In this document: piece by piece, positions 13,000-25,712 of the stretch
Position numbering within the stretch: the stretch's first letter is position 1
Layout: each line of letters begins with the position of its first letter
Assembly: GCF_009914755.1 (NCBI RefSeq)
Contig: NC_060935.1
Direction: 5' to 3' (one strand)
Length of the DNA: 64,000 nt
DNA from: the human T2T-CHM13v2.0 reference genome, Homo sapiens
Made by a program: the position numbers and the translations under genes
Notes under the pieces: generated by a model
Told to the model about the DNA's origin: nothing
The model's input: the letters and a program-made list of their open reading frames with translations, nothing else
The model's database searches: none

Positions 13000-14815
13000 A
13001 GAGAATGCAGCCAACCTGCCCGGGGAAGCAAATTTTGATTTCAGATGTTAGGGATGTCAGAGAGTGGGATATTTGGAGCTAGAATCTGGTGGGGGTGCTG
13101 ACTGAAAAATCCATTTTCAGGACCAAACAGTAGCTGCCCATTCCCACACTATGTATTAATAGAATTCCAAGTAGCCACATTTCTACCATTTAGACAAAAA
13201 CAATTTTTGAAAGTTTCTCCTAAAAAGAAATTGAATAAGTCTCAAGTAAGAATGCTGCTTTATTCTGACACTTAGGGGTCTCCCAGTAAAATGGCTGGCT
13301 CACAGCCCAATCACCCTAAGATGAAGTCCGTTAGTCAGCCAGTCCTTCACATGAACACAAAGCTCCCACGTGCCTTTTTATTCCCTTATTCTTATATTTA
13401 AAAGGATATCCAATAATTCCAAATATTTAAGATTGCAAGAAAAAAAAAACAGGAAAAGTAATCCTGAAAGATTATACTAGTAACAGAAGATAATTTAAAA
13501 GTAAACATTTAAAATACTCTAATTAGATCCTCAGATAAATTAAGAGGATTTTGTATACCTATAACAAGAACAAGGTGCTATAAAGAAATAAAAAACTAAA
13601 AGAGCTCTTGAAAATATATATATTAAAGATTTTTATAAAATTTAAAAACTTAATAGAAAGCTAAGAAGATAAGGTCCAATAAATCTTCCTGAAAGAGAAA
13701 ATATGAAAGAAAAAAATAAAAGACATGATTCAGAGAATTCCAAAAATAAAACAAAGAAAATAGGGGAAAGGAAATTTTCAAAAAAAAAAAAAGTAGAATG
13801 AAAAGTCAGAACATCAGGGCTGAAGAAAAAGTGTGGCAAATGGTATACAGGCAGCAGGAGAAGGTGACAGGTCATCTGTAAAGAACTAGAGTCTGATTGC
13901 CATCACACTTGCCATCTCTAATGCTGGATGCAAGAAAATATTGGAGCAAACCTTCAAAGATTTGAATAAAAATAATTTTCAACCCAGAAACCTAGAATCC
14001 TGTTCCTAAATGTGTACCAAACAGAACAAATATACTTTCAGGTACACAAGCACTCAGATAATTTATCTTTCATGTACAATTTCTTAAGAATTTATTTGAG
14101 GAGTGCTCCTGAAAAATGGAATAACTCAAGAGAGAAGAAATGGGCTGAGGGAAACATTGGATCCCACCCAGGAAAGCGGTAAGGGGCAATCCCTAGACCT
14201 TCCGCTGTCCGGATCATTTATAGAGCAAAGAGTCCAGCTTGGAACAAGTGGACTCAGGTCTCCGGGAAGAGTTTTCCAAGAAAAACAATAAAGAGGCTTA
14301 TAGAATACCTGAGGCAATCGAAAATTGAAAGAAAAAAAATGAGGAATTCTATAAAGGCAAATAATGCAAGACACAGAGAAAGGAATGAGGAACTCTGGGG
14401 AAAATAAAAAATTATACAAAAAGGATGTGTAAGTAGTTTGATGAGTCAGTAAACAATATTTTCATAAGCAAAGCAATAGACATCATTTATTGATTTTTAC
14501 CATAAATGGTGATACTGGAAGAATGAGGGAAAGGGAGCTTGGGGGTGGCATAAGAAAATTAAACACTCAACCTTCATAACAGGGAATCAATAGATAATGC
14601 ATAAAGTACATAAATTAAGATATATCAGTAAAACATATTACTTAGAGATATGAGAGTAATTGGCAGAATAAATAAATCCAAAAGATTAAAATGATCGCCC
14701 TTGAGGAGCAGGACTGAAATTGTTGGGAAGGGTAGAGCCGAGGACTCCTGTATGTCATAATAAGCCTTTTGGGACATTTGGCTTTTAAATCATTTGGCTT
14801 ATTTTGATTTTTAAA
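13000..14815 (+). mobile_element. HAL1 (half-L1)-like / second L1M ORF1 relic
   Basis: ORF1-like remnants (ggagcaaaccttcaaagatttgaataaaaataattttcaacccagaa) run straight into a HAL1-type 3' end (gcccttgaggagcaggactg...taataagccttttgggacatttggcttttaaa). No recognisable ORF2. Confidence 0.55.
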
Positions 14816-15539
14816 AGCAGCCTCTGTCAGGTCCTGGCAAGCTTTGAATGCTTCCAAAGAGATTGCACTCTATTCTGCATGCACAGGGAAGCCATGGGAG
14901 GTTTTGGAAGCTAGGAGGGACATAATCAGATATAGATCCTGGTACAGCAAATCCGCTCTCCAAATGGGACTTCCAGGGCTGAATATGCTGCACACGTTGT
15001 TGGTGTATCCAATGTATAAACTAAACAAATGCTTAGGGCTGCAGCAAAGCAAAGGCATTAATTTTTTTTAAATCTCGTCTTCTACACGTCAAACATAAAC
15101 CCGTTTTCATGGGAAAAGATGGAATTTACTTACCTGTATTTTACAGTTTACTATTAATTTGTTTTGAGCTACATAGAAGAGCTGGGGGTGGGCGCACCAT
15201 TATTATTATTATTTATTTATTTATTTATTTATTTTTGTTGGTGCTTAAGGTCTTTAAAGTTCGTAGTTCAACTGTGGCTCTAGGTGAACTTGAGCCATCT
15301 TTACCTTTCGTATTCTGGACCCCGGAGTTCTAATAACAAAGCCCAAGATTGTATCGACCTTACCAACAGCTACACATACGGCACAAGTTGAGATTGTGGT
15401 CTGCTAAACCTCAGATTTGTCCCCACCCCATTCTTGAACTGCTATCAAATCATTATCATCACTGTCCTGTTCTTTTAAAATTTATTTTTAAACTCAAGTA
15501 TGGGATGATAAGCATTACCAGGAAATCACTCCTCATTTC

Positions 15540-16210
15540 AGTCCTATATTATAATCTGGTCAGATATTTTGTAGATGTTGACCCTACCACATTTCCATCC
15601 CAACTTTAGGTCATCTATAAATTAAATATACTCGTTTTCTAGATTTTCATTCCAAATCACTGATAGACTTGCTGAACAGGATTGGGTAAAATGTAGTCTT
15701 GTGGCATAGGCCTGAGACTTCCCTAAAAGTCAAGGACATCTAATAAGTTTCAACCACAGAAACCTAATGGCTGGTGGCTGCCTAGTGGCTGCTTGGAGCC
15801 CTGTGCTGAGAAGGATTCTGAGCTCCATCTGAATTCAGAGGAAAAGAGAGATGTGATGGATTAGCAATGAATGTCTGTCTAGGGATGGGGGTGAGGATGT
15901 CACAAATTGCCATCTCTGCTTCAGAATAGCCCCCAAACCACTCAACTACATTATTTGCATTTGTGTCTCAATCTTTCAATCCATCAAAGTGCTGTTTCCC
16001 AGTCCACATTTCTCCACCTTGTTCATAGGGACGGGACAGGCTTTGTCAATTATACTGCAGAATCAATACACATTATGTCCGTAACATTCTCTTTATCTAC
16101 CAGTCTAGTAACCCCATCAAAGAGGAAAATAAGGTGAGTTTGGAATGCTTCATTCTTGGAGAACCTAAGGCAGAGCTCCTAATGACTACTACTTTATTTT
16201 CTAAAATGGG
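15540..16210 (-). mobile_element. L3/CR1 LINE ORF2 (RT region) remnant, interrupted by MER102
   Basis: caactttaggtcatctataaatt...ttcattccaaatcactgataga...gaacaggattggg; tctaccagtctagtaaccccatcaaagaggaaaataagg match recalled CR1 RT segments in reverse. Confidence 0.7.
15765..15920. mobile_element. MER102-like hAT-Charlie element
   Basis: tgtgctgagaaggattctgag...gtgatggattagcaatg...tgtctg...aattgccatctctg. Confidence 0.7.
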
Positions 16211-16379
16211 GTACAACATCTTTAGATTGTCTGTCTCCTGGATGTTTTCCTAGCCTCTAGGAGTTGTCCTACCGGTAAGTTTTCAGCACCTGAGAGGTAA
16301 GTCATTTTGACCTGGAGATGGAAGCTGGGAGATAAATTAGTATCTCTTAGTATCTCCTTACCTATTGATTACCATTTTT

Positions 16380-16735
16380 GTTGCTGTTGTAGTCATTGTA
16401 AAAATAATGCATGCCTATTACAGAAAACCTGGAGACTACGGAAAGATGAAAGGAAGGAAAATCGCCCACCGTCTCGACTTCTTTTTCTTTGCACTATTTT
16501 TGAGAGTTTGCATCTGTGTTGTTTTATATAGCTGTGACCATAATGTATGTGTGATTTTACATTCTGGGTTTTCACATAAGATTATATTCTATGAATTTTT
16601 CAGGTCAGTATTAAATTTCATTGACCTAATTTTTAATAGCATAATATCCCATCTAGGTGATATGTCATAGTTTACTTAACCATTCTGCTACTGTTGGCCA
16701 CTTAGGACATTTCCATCATTGCCCTACTTCAAATG
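16380..16735 (-). mobile_element. Old L1 (L1ME/MC) 3' fragment
   Basis: aatttttaatagcataatatcccat...tttacttaaccattctgctactgttggccacttagg. Confidence 0.65.
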
Positions 16736-16984
16736 CCTATTCTTGAATATATTTATTATTTAATACATATGGATTACGTACCAGGCACTGTGCTAGGAGC
16801 TGAGATGCAGAGATGAGCAGAGTCCCCAGGGAATAAACAAATAAGGACAGAGCAGGTGAAGCAGACAACCCTGTGGGCAAGGCAGGGAGGCCTTCAGAGT
16901 GGAGAGAGGTGGGTGCAGATCATTAAGAGCTTTGGATGCCATGATGAGGAGCTGCTGAAGAACTTTAAGCAGTGGCCAGAAACC

Positions 16985-17135
16985 CTGTGTGTGAGTTCTA
17001 GCTCTGCTCTTACAGGGTAGGTGACCTTAGGAAAATCACTTAATCCCTGGGTCTCATTTTCTTTTTTCTGGAAATGAAAGATGCTAATTGATCTGCTACC
17101 TGCCTTTCAGGGTTGCCATGAGAATCAAAGGGAGG
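16985..17135 (+). mobile_element. MIR
   Basis: gagttctagctctgc...gtgaccttaggaaaatcacttaatccctgggtctcatttt. Confidence 0.75.
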
Positions 17136-17435
17136 TAGTCGATCTGAGTTTTCTCAACTGGAGAACACCATGAAAAATGTGAAGCACGGGAGCAGAGGCC
17201 AGATACATCCTCATGGAACTGAACCAAATTCAATTCCTCTGTCGTCTCTTTCTCAGCAACCTAGCTGGGAGTCGGGGAGAGGCAGTAGTGAGGACAGGGT
17301 GGAAGTGGGGTGTGCCTGTCTCTCCTGGGAAGCTCCAGAACAATGAGAAGTTTTGGAAAAGCAAGGCAAGAAGATGGAGGACCTCCTTATGTGAGAGCCA
17401 GTTGTCTCTCTGCCCCAATGGATCAATCCTATGTA

Positions 17436-17487
17436 ACACATATACTCATACACACACACACACACACTCACACAAACACACACACAC
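17436..17487. repeat. Imperfect (CA)n microsatellite
   Basis: acacatatactcatacacacacacacacacactcacacaaacacacacaca. Confidence 0.9.
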
Positions 17488-18829
17488 CTTGGAAACTTGT
17501 TTGAAAAGCACTTGTTACCCCACAGGGCTTTTTACAGGCATTATGTCATTTGATCCTCACCACCACTGTGAGAGAAGAATAAATGGGATATTATTGGTAT
17601 TCCCATTTCACAGACAAGAAAACAGAGGCTCGGAGTGTTAATATACCCTGCTCAAGAGCTGTTAAGAAGGAGAAGCCAGTCTCTGACCAGATGCCCCAGG
17701 TTTTTTTCTGGGCAGGCAGGACTTAAAAGCAGGCGGCCTCAACTTGGGATAAAAGGACCTCGAGAGCTGAACCACAGCCCCAGGGTAGCACCTTTCCCCC
17801 AGGATCCTCTTCCAGTTTACCGGCCACCTTCCCCACTGCATGAGGACTCAGGAAAGATTTCCCAGTATGAAACTGCCTGTGGGCGCCTGAGAAGACTTGC
17901 TGCAACACTAGAAACCCCAGTTTCCCCTTCCTCCCGAATTGGCCTTAAACAGCCCTGGACGCTAGCCGATGAAAGGGAAACCTTAGGATATCTGATGTGT
18001 TGCAACACTGTAACAGACTCCAAATTGTCTTGGCAAGACCAAACCCCAAGGCTAGGAAGGTAATTCCATCCTGAGGAATGTCTTTTGTTCCTTTGTTCTG
18101 CTTTTCACTTCTAATTTGAGGCAACAGGATAAATAAGCAAACAAAAGTGCTCATGCAGATCTCTCAGAATCTTAGGGAAGGGGAAGCCTTAGGCTCTGAC
18201 ATTCTCAGCATTTTTGTTTCAAAGCTTTGGGAAGCTGCAATTGCCCATTGAGGAGACTTGGGCTGCAGATGCCAGAAAGACTAGATTGTCTTGTCCAGAG
18301 CAGAGCCATTCTTGTGGGGTCTGAATTTTGGACATTGGTATTAGGGTGTTAGGGAGGTGCTCCTGCTCACTCTTGCCTGCACCTCCTGCACTCCGATTGT
18401 CTCCAGGATTAGCTGAGAGCTCTGGGTCCATGGGTTCTCTCCCCTCCCCACAGGTGCCTTGGGAAGGGCACCTACATACACCAAAAGCTCTGGTGTCCTG
18501 TCCAAGGCCCTACATTCAAATCCTCTCTTTGCTCCTGTGAAGCTGTGGAGTATTAGAAAAATTGCTGTACCCCTCTGTGCTTCTGCTTCTGTAAAGAAAA
18601 CTGTCTCTTTGTAATGACCAGATCCATCTTTTGGGGGATTACCTGGGCTCTTGTCGTAGAGTTAACCTGTGAGGGATGCCTTTAAGAGGGTGGAATCTCA
18701 CCAGGAGGGGATGAGTAGTGCTACTAGCAGAGAAAAGGAGGGTCTTCCCACAAGAAACCTGCAATCCTGAGCAAGACCTAGGTGCAAGAGATGGCCATGG
18801 ACATTGAGGATTGTAAGTGTCTTTATCTG

Positions 18830-18977
18830 GCGTCTACTAGATGGACACTAAAATGATATCTGACCCATGGAAGAAAATCCAGAGATATGGAACTCTGGGG
18901 ACCAATAGGGTTGGGATGGAAACTTCCAGCCGTGGTAGGCCATTCACAGTGGGTAAACCAGATGGCCCAGCTGCATC
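18830..18977 (+). repeat. Local direct repeat, copy 1 (probable donor)
   Basis: Aligns to 21674-21823. agatggacactaaaatgatatctgaccca (29 bp) and ggtaaaccagatggcccagctgc (23 bp) are identical in both copies. Confidence 0.95.
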
Positions 18978-20049
18978 ACATTCTGCATTTTTCCCTCTTT
19001 GCCATCTCCTAGTTTCTCGTAAAGTATTATTTGAATCAAGTTCCAACTTTGCCTTCTCTGTGCCATGGAGAAAAACAGTCATATGGAAAAATCTCAAAGG
19101 AAAGAGGACTGTTAGACACAGAGACAAGACACGCAGGCCATCCACCCCCTCATATCAAGAAAATCCTTTTAAATAGCTACCGTGGGGGTTCTTGCCTTAT
19201 TTTTATTAAAGAAAGGTGGCATTTCTTTATAGTAATAAAATGTTATAAAAAGTTCATTTAGAATGATTTGCTCCTTGAACAAAGGAAGGGTGGGTGGTAG
19301 AGAGCCCAGGGGTGAGAGGTCGTTGAAATATACTGGTTTTTAAAATTTTATGTTATCTTCTATGGAGTATCAATATATAAAACTGATAAAAGTGGAGGAG
19401 CTCTGTTTGAAGAGGAAGATGAGGAAAAGTCTTTTCCAGTTGGATGCTTTTTATTCCTACTTCATCCCAAACTATCCCCTGCAGCACTTCCGCAGTCATC
19501 TTAAGGATCCCTGACAGGTACTTGACAAGCATGGCTTTTATTTGAATTCTCCATTTATAAATGAGAAAGCCTAAGTTCAACGAAGTGAGGTGTCCCACCC
19601 CAGATACACAACTGGTTAGTGGAAGAAGAGGGACTCCAGACCAAGGGATCCAAAGTAGAGCTTCCCAATTGCTGTGCCGTGCCACACTGATGTGCTGCCG
19701 TTAGTCTCAAAGCTCTACAGACACACAGGCGGGGACTGGGACTCTTGGGAATTCCCTTGCCAGTGTTTCTTGGAGGATAGCTGGAGTGGAGTGGGATATG
19801 ATGGTGTGTCCTATGGTCCTCACTGGTAATGGCCCTGCACAACTCCATCACACTCTGCTGCATGGTGAGGTACCAAACATGGCCTAGGAGATGCTCCACC
19901 AACTGGATGTTTGCTTGAATTCTCAGCTCAGAACAGGCCACTGTCCTTTAGGGCAAGGGACCCCTTGTGCTGCTGGAGGACTTTTGGTTCTAAGTGCCCA
20001 GGTAGTATGACACAGACCCCAAGGTACTGCCAGACAGGGGTAGGATAGG

Positions 20050-20700
20050 GAGGCTTGGTGGGGTTTCTGGTAGATGCAGCTCCAGATAGGGTCCAACTAT
20101 CTATCTTTGCAAATATCAAATGCTTCTAGACATTTACAGCTCTTTTAGTAGCATCTAAGCTAGCTGCAGGTTGACTGCTGTAACAGTGCACATACCTGCT
20201 ACAAATTAGAGATTCTGCATTATTTTGAAATACTTAATATGAAAAAGTTTGGTAGCATTCAAATCCATTAGCATTAACACAAGATATTTAAAAATTACAT
20301 TTGTCAATGAAAGAAAAGGAAGACCTCTGGGAATCTTTAAATATAATTTCAACTGCTGCAATTTTTTAATGTGCTGCTGACTTTTGCTCATAAAGTTACT
20401 TGTCAATGAGATTTTTAAGAATTTAAAGAGATCAGTCCTGAAAACCTGGAACAAGAATTATTAGGTTGGTGCTAAAGTGATTGCGGTTTTTGCCATTGAC
20501 AGTAACAGTAAAAACCGAGATAGCTTTTGCACCAACTTAACATATGGAAGCATTTAAATATACAACCAGATATAACAAGCTATGTTCGTGGAAACAATAT
20601 TGTTAGCATTAAAAACTGAAAACTATTTTCTAATGTCTAATATCTAAAATCTATGCAAATTTAAACTTTAATATTATCCCTAATACTTTCTGTTTTGATT
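20050..20700 (-). mobile_element. Probable hAT (Tip100-type) transposon relic with transposase C-terminal remnant
   Basis: AT-rich block. ORF 20206-20454(-) reads DLFKFLKISLT...KLQQLKLYLK..RGLPFLSL, resembling the hAT dimerisation domain pattern (LxKLLKIALT...SKLKLIKTYLR...RLSGLALLS). Confidence 0.45.
20461..20540. mobile_element. MADE1 (Hsmar1-derived 80-bp mariner MITE)
   Basis: ttaggttggtgctaaagtgattgcggtttttgccatt-gacagt-aacagtaaaaaccgagatagcttttgcaccaacttaa: two 37-bp TIRs, 6-bp spacer, preceded by TA. Confidence 0.95.
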
Positions 20701-20894
20701 CCTTCCCTCCACAAATATGAGTTGAGAGTAGGTAGGCAATATTTAGCTCCAGGAAGTATATCACTGAGCAAACAGACAAAAACTACTAAAAAGTTGACAT
20801 TCTAGTAGAGAAAAGCCAAGAATAAATAATATCATAAATATAGCATGTCAGGAGATGAGTACTATGGAAAAAAATTGAGAAGAGTAAAATAGAT

Positions 20895-21279
20895 TGATAT
20901 GGTTTGGATTTGTGTCCCCGCCCAAATCTTATGTCAAATTGTAATCCTCAGTGTTAGAAGAGGGACGTGGTGGGAGGTGATTGGATCACGGGGGCAGATT
21001 TTCCTCTTGCTTGTTCTCATGATAGTGAGTGAGTACTCCCAAGATCTGGTTGTTTAAAAGTGTATAGCACCTTCCCCCTCTCTCTCTTCCTCCTGATCTG
21101 GCCCTGTGAAGACATTCCAGCTTCCCCTTCACCTTCTGCCATGATTAAAAGTTTCCTGAGGCCTCCCCAGCCATGCTACCTGCACAGCCTATGGAACCAT
21201 GAGCCAACTAAACTTCTTTTCCTTATAAATCACCTGGTCTCAGGTATTTCTTTATAGTAGCATGAGAAGAACTAATACA
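20895..21279 (+). mobile_element. MaLR solo LTR (MSTA/THE1D-like)
   Basis: tgatatggtttggatttgtgtccccgcccaaatc...gaactaataca. TSD TAGAT/TATAT. Confidence 0.92.
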
Positions 21280-21673
21280 TATATTGATAAAATAAAGTGG
21301 TCAGGGCAGGCCTTGCTGAGATGGCAACACTGAGCGAGGATTTGGTGATGGTGAGGAAGTAAGCCATGCAGACATCTGGGGAAGAAAACTCAGACAGGGG
21401 ATAGAGAGCATGTGCAAAGGCCCTGAGGCACAGCAAGCTTGGCATGTTCAGAGAACAGGAAGGAGGCCTCTGTGGCTGGAAAGAAGTGAACATAGAAGAT
21501 GGTAGTAGAAGACGAGGTCAGGGAGGTGACAGATACCAGACTGTGAGGGGGCTTGTCAACATTTTAAGAACGTTGCTTTTGACTCTGAGTAAACTGGAAA
21601 CCCCTGTGGGATTTAAGTGGAAGAATGATGTCTTATTTATGCTTAGTAAGGAGCCCTCTGGCCATTGTTTTGA

Positions 21674-21823
21674 GCTTCTGTTAGGAGATGGACACTAAAA
21701 TGATATCTGACCCACGGAAGAAAATCAAGATATGGAACTCTTGCGATCCATGGGGTTGTGATAGGACCTTCAAGCCCCAGGTGGACCATTCACAGCTGGT
21801 AAACCAGATGGCCCAGCTGCCAT
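21674..21823 (+). repeat. Local direct repeat, copy 2 (insertion in L2)
   Basis: Homologous to 18830-18977. Flanked by CATTGTTTTGA at 21663-21673 and 21824-21834. Confidence 0.95.
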
Positions 21824-22343
21824 CATTGTTTTGACTGAAGGAGATGGAGGTCAGAAGTAGGGGGACTACTTAGGTGGCTGTCATGAGAATCCAAGGGAGA
21901 GGTGATGATGTTTGGAATGAAACAGTAGCAGTGAAGGTGGTCAGTTTATGACTGTATTCCAGTGGTAGAGGCTAGAGGATTTCTGATGTAGAACATGGGC
22001 ATACATATCACATAAAATATATACAGGCTCTAGAGGATAGAGAATATGAAAGAAAGAGTTGAAGATGGCTCCAAAGGTTTTGGCGTCAGCAACTGGAAGG
22101 ATTAACAAGAGCTTAACTGAGCTGGGGGAGACTGCAGGTGGAGTGAGCTGGTGAAGATGGTGGCAGGTCAGGTGTTCAGAAACTAATATGCTGTTTTTGA
22201 GATACCTATGATGCATCTAAGAGGAAATGTCAACTAGGCAGTTGGATATAAAAGCCTGCAGTATAGAGGGATTTTATTTTATTTTTATCATAATAATATA
22301 ATATAAAGTTATAGGGGGCTTTACCCCCAGCCATATATATTTT

Positions 22344-22526
22344 TCTATCTATTATCTGTCTGTCTATCTATCTATCTATCATCTACCTATCATCTATCTA
22401 TCATCAATCTATCTATCATCTATCATCTACCTATCATCTATCTATCATCTATCTATCTATCTATCTATCATCTATCTATCTATCCATCCATCCATCCATC
22501 CATCCATCCATCCATCTATTTATCCA
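22344..22526. repeat. Compound tetranucleotide STR (TCTG)/(TCTA, with TCA interruptions)/(TCCA)
   Basis: Read directly: ...tctatctatcatctatctatc...tccatccatcca... Confidence 0.97.
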
Positions 22527-22789
22527 TTTTAATGCCCTCAAGTTTACCCCAGTGTGTCATCAAGTATTATCTTCCTCTATGAAAAAGTGTGGAAAGCACT
22601 GTCCTAGTAGCAAGGGCCTCTGGCCTGGGCAGTCAAGAGTCCTGAGCTCCAATTCTGCCTTGTTTGTGTGTAGAACTGATCATCAGTTGGTGGCACTGCC
22701 ATGGCTGAACCAGCTATTTCTGGTGGCATCTATTCTGATTGGCCAGAGCCAGTGTTCTACCAATTGTTCAACATCTTGAACTTCACCCT

Positions 22790-23620
<831 letters not shown>

Positions 23621-25338
23621 GACCTAAGGCAGGCCACTGACCTCTTTGGAGGCTTGCTTTTTCTTCTATAAAACGGAGATCACATCGATTGCACAGAATT
23701 AAATGAGACAATAGTTTCATGAACCTAGTACAGTAATTGGCAAAGAGTAGGTCCTTAAACATTTCCCAATAATAAACTCTGTTTCCCTTGGCTGGCCTTA
23801 GTTGCTTCGTCTTGGAAGTAGAAATGACAGAGAATGCTAATTCATCTCATTCTCTTTACATCTCTTCAGAGGACAGCAGACTGGCTCATCCAGTCACAAG
23901 ACATGGGCCTGCTTGAAAGGCCAGAGAATTGGAAACAGGGCAAAAATAGGACAGTCAAGGGCTCGCTGATGTCAGGAGGAGTCTTATTAGCTAGTCCATA
24001 ACTCAGCAGATCACAGTGCATGTGCCCCTGATTCCTGAGCTTTCTGCAGTGCGAGGGATGTGGCCTCATCCATCAGCCGGCCCCACGGGCATGCAGACAG
24101 GAGCACTGCAGTGCCGCTGGAGTCAGCGCGGAGCAGTTAGTTCTGGGATGGAGGCTGAGGCAGAGTGAGGTGTCGGTTCCACCAGTATGTGGTATCTCCA
24201 AGGCTGTATTAGCAGGGGGCTGTCAATCTCCAGGCAGAAAAACAAGAGACAGAAAGAAGAAACAATCAAGAATCAGACAGCAACAAGAGAGAGGGAGCGA
24301 GAGGCTGGGGGACTATTTTAAGTAATGTTTGATAAATTACCTGCCTGTCCTGGCCTCCTCATAAAGATGCTGTGCAGCTGATGTTCGCATTTGACAACTC
24401 ACCACCACAGCAGGCTGCGGGGATGAGACAAGCCGGGGCTGAAGGAGGTGGCTGGGCACTCCTACACTAGGGACCCCGGGTGGGGGTCCATGTCCATTGG
24501 TCACAGGTTCACAGGTGGACGCATGCAGCGCTGCACACACATGGAAACATCTGTGCTCACAGGGACTGAGGTTGTTGTGTTCATTGTTATGCATATAGGC
24601 ACACACATGGCACACAGGCAGGCCCAACCCCGCGCTCCCACTCACTTCACGTGAGGCCCTGCCCCTGCCTGGTCCTGTAAAATGCCAAGACACATTCATT
24701 GGCCAGAGTGCTGTCTCCAGGTAGGCAAGAGAAGATGCCCAAGCTGGGAGCAGGCACCTGAACTGTTGGGGAGGGAAGATGGGGGCATTGCAATTTTCCA
24801 GAAGTTTAGATGTGGCACAAAGATCAAACAAAGATGTGGATCTTTGTGCTGCCCTAGGGAACCCCCAAAGCCTATTCAGCAAGGATAATTCATTTAGTTA
24901 ACAGCCTTCTGTGAAAGTGGTAAAATTGCTGTAGCAAGAATGTTTCTAAGTAGGGTACCTAGGTCTGGCTGGACACACAGCTTCTGCCCTCTCTTTAACT
25001 TTCTGACATCTAACTTGCCCCCGCTCCTACCCTAAAAAGAACTACCTGTACACAGTTTGAGCACATGAGATCCTCTGCCTGTAAAATGGGGATAATAGCA
25101 CCTACTGCTGCTTGCCTCACAGGGTTGTTATGAGATTAAAATGAGATTACGTCCATGAAGGCTTTCTGCATTTCGTCAGGTATCATGGGGAGCACTGGTA
25201 GATTATTAAGAGAAGGTGGTGTTTGTTACACAATTTGGAAGACCTCAGTTGGAGTCCCCACTTTCTTCCTATGACTTAGGCAGGATGCCCAGTGTCTGCT
25301 CCTTGGTTTTCTGATCTGTACGTTGGCAATAACAACAC

Positions 25339-25712
25339 TGCTATGGTCTTAATGTTTGTGTCGCTCAAAAATTCCTATGTTGAAATCCTACCCCCACAAG
25401 GTGATGGTGTTAGGAGGTAAGGCCTTTGGGGGTGATTAGGTCGTGAGGGTGCAGCCCTCCTGAATGGGATTAGTGCCCTTGTAAAAGGGCTGAAGGGAGC
25501 CTGTTTATCCTTCTGCCCTTCTGCCATGTGAGGGCACTGAGACAAACCACCATTTATGAGCCAGAAAGCAGTTCCTCACCAGACACCAAACTTGCTGGGG
25601 CCTTGAACTTGAATGTCCAGGCCTCCAGAGTGGTGAGAAATATAAATGTCTGTTGCTGGGAAGCCACCCAATCTGTGATGCTTCATTATAGCAGCCTGAA
25701 AGGACTAAGACA
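25339..25712 (+). mobile_element. MLT1A-family solo LTR inserted in a MIR
   Basis: tgctatggtcttaatgtttgtgtc...ggactaagaca. TSD AACAC/GACAC. Confidence 0.92.

Larger units (their letters stand above)
20735..22270 (-). mobile_element. L2 LINE, long 3' fragment (interrupted by an LTR and by the 150-bp insert)
   Basis: L2 motifs tgtgcaaaggccctgaggca, ttgaagatggctccaaaggttttggc, aagaggaaatgtcaactaggcagttggatat. Confidence 0.85.

Noticed and set aside
22344-22526. Repeat arrays as a CRISPR-like system (also 50140-50182)
   Set aside because: Simple tandem repeats without unique spacers, eukaryotic context, no cas-like ORFs.
24337-24882. 181-aa minus-strand ORF ending at a splice-donor-like site
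   Set aside because: The peptide is not protein-like. Only the splice-signal geometry is kept, as a low-confidence non-coding finding.
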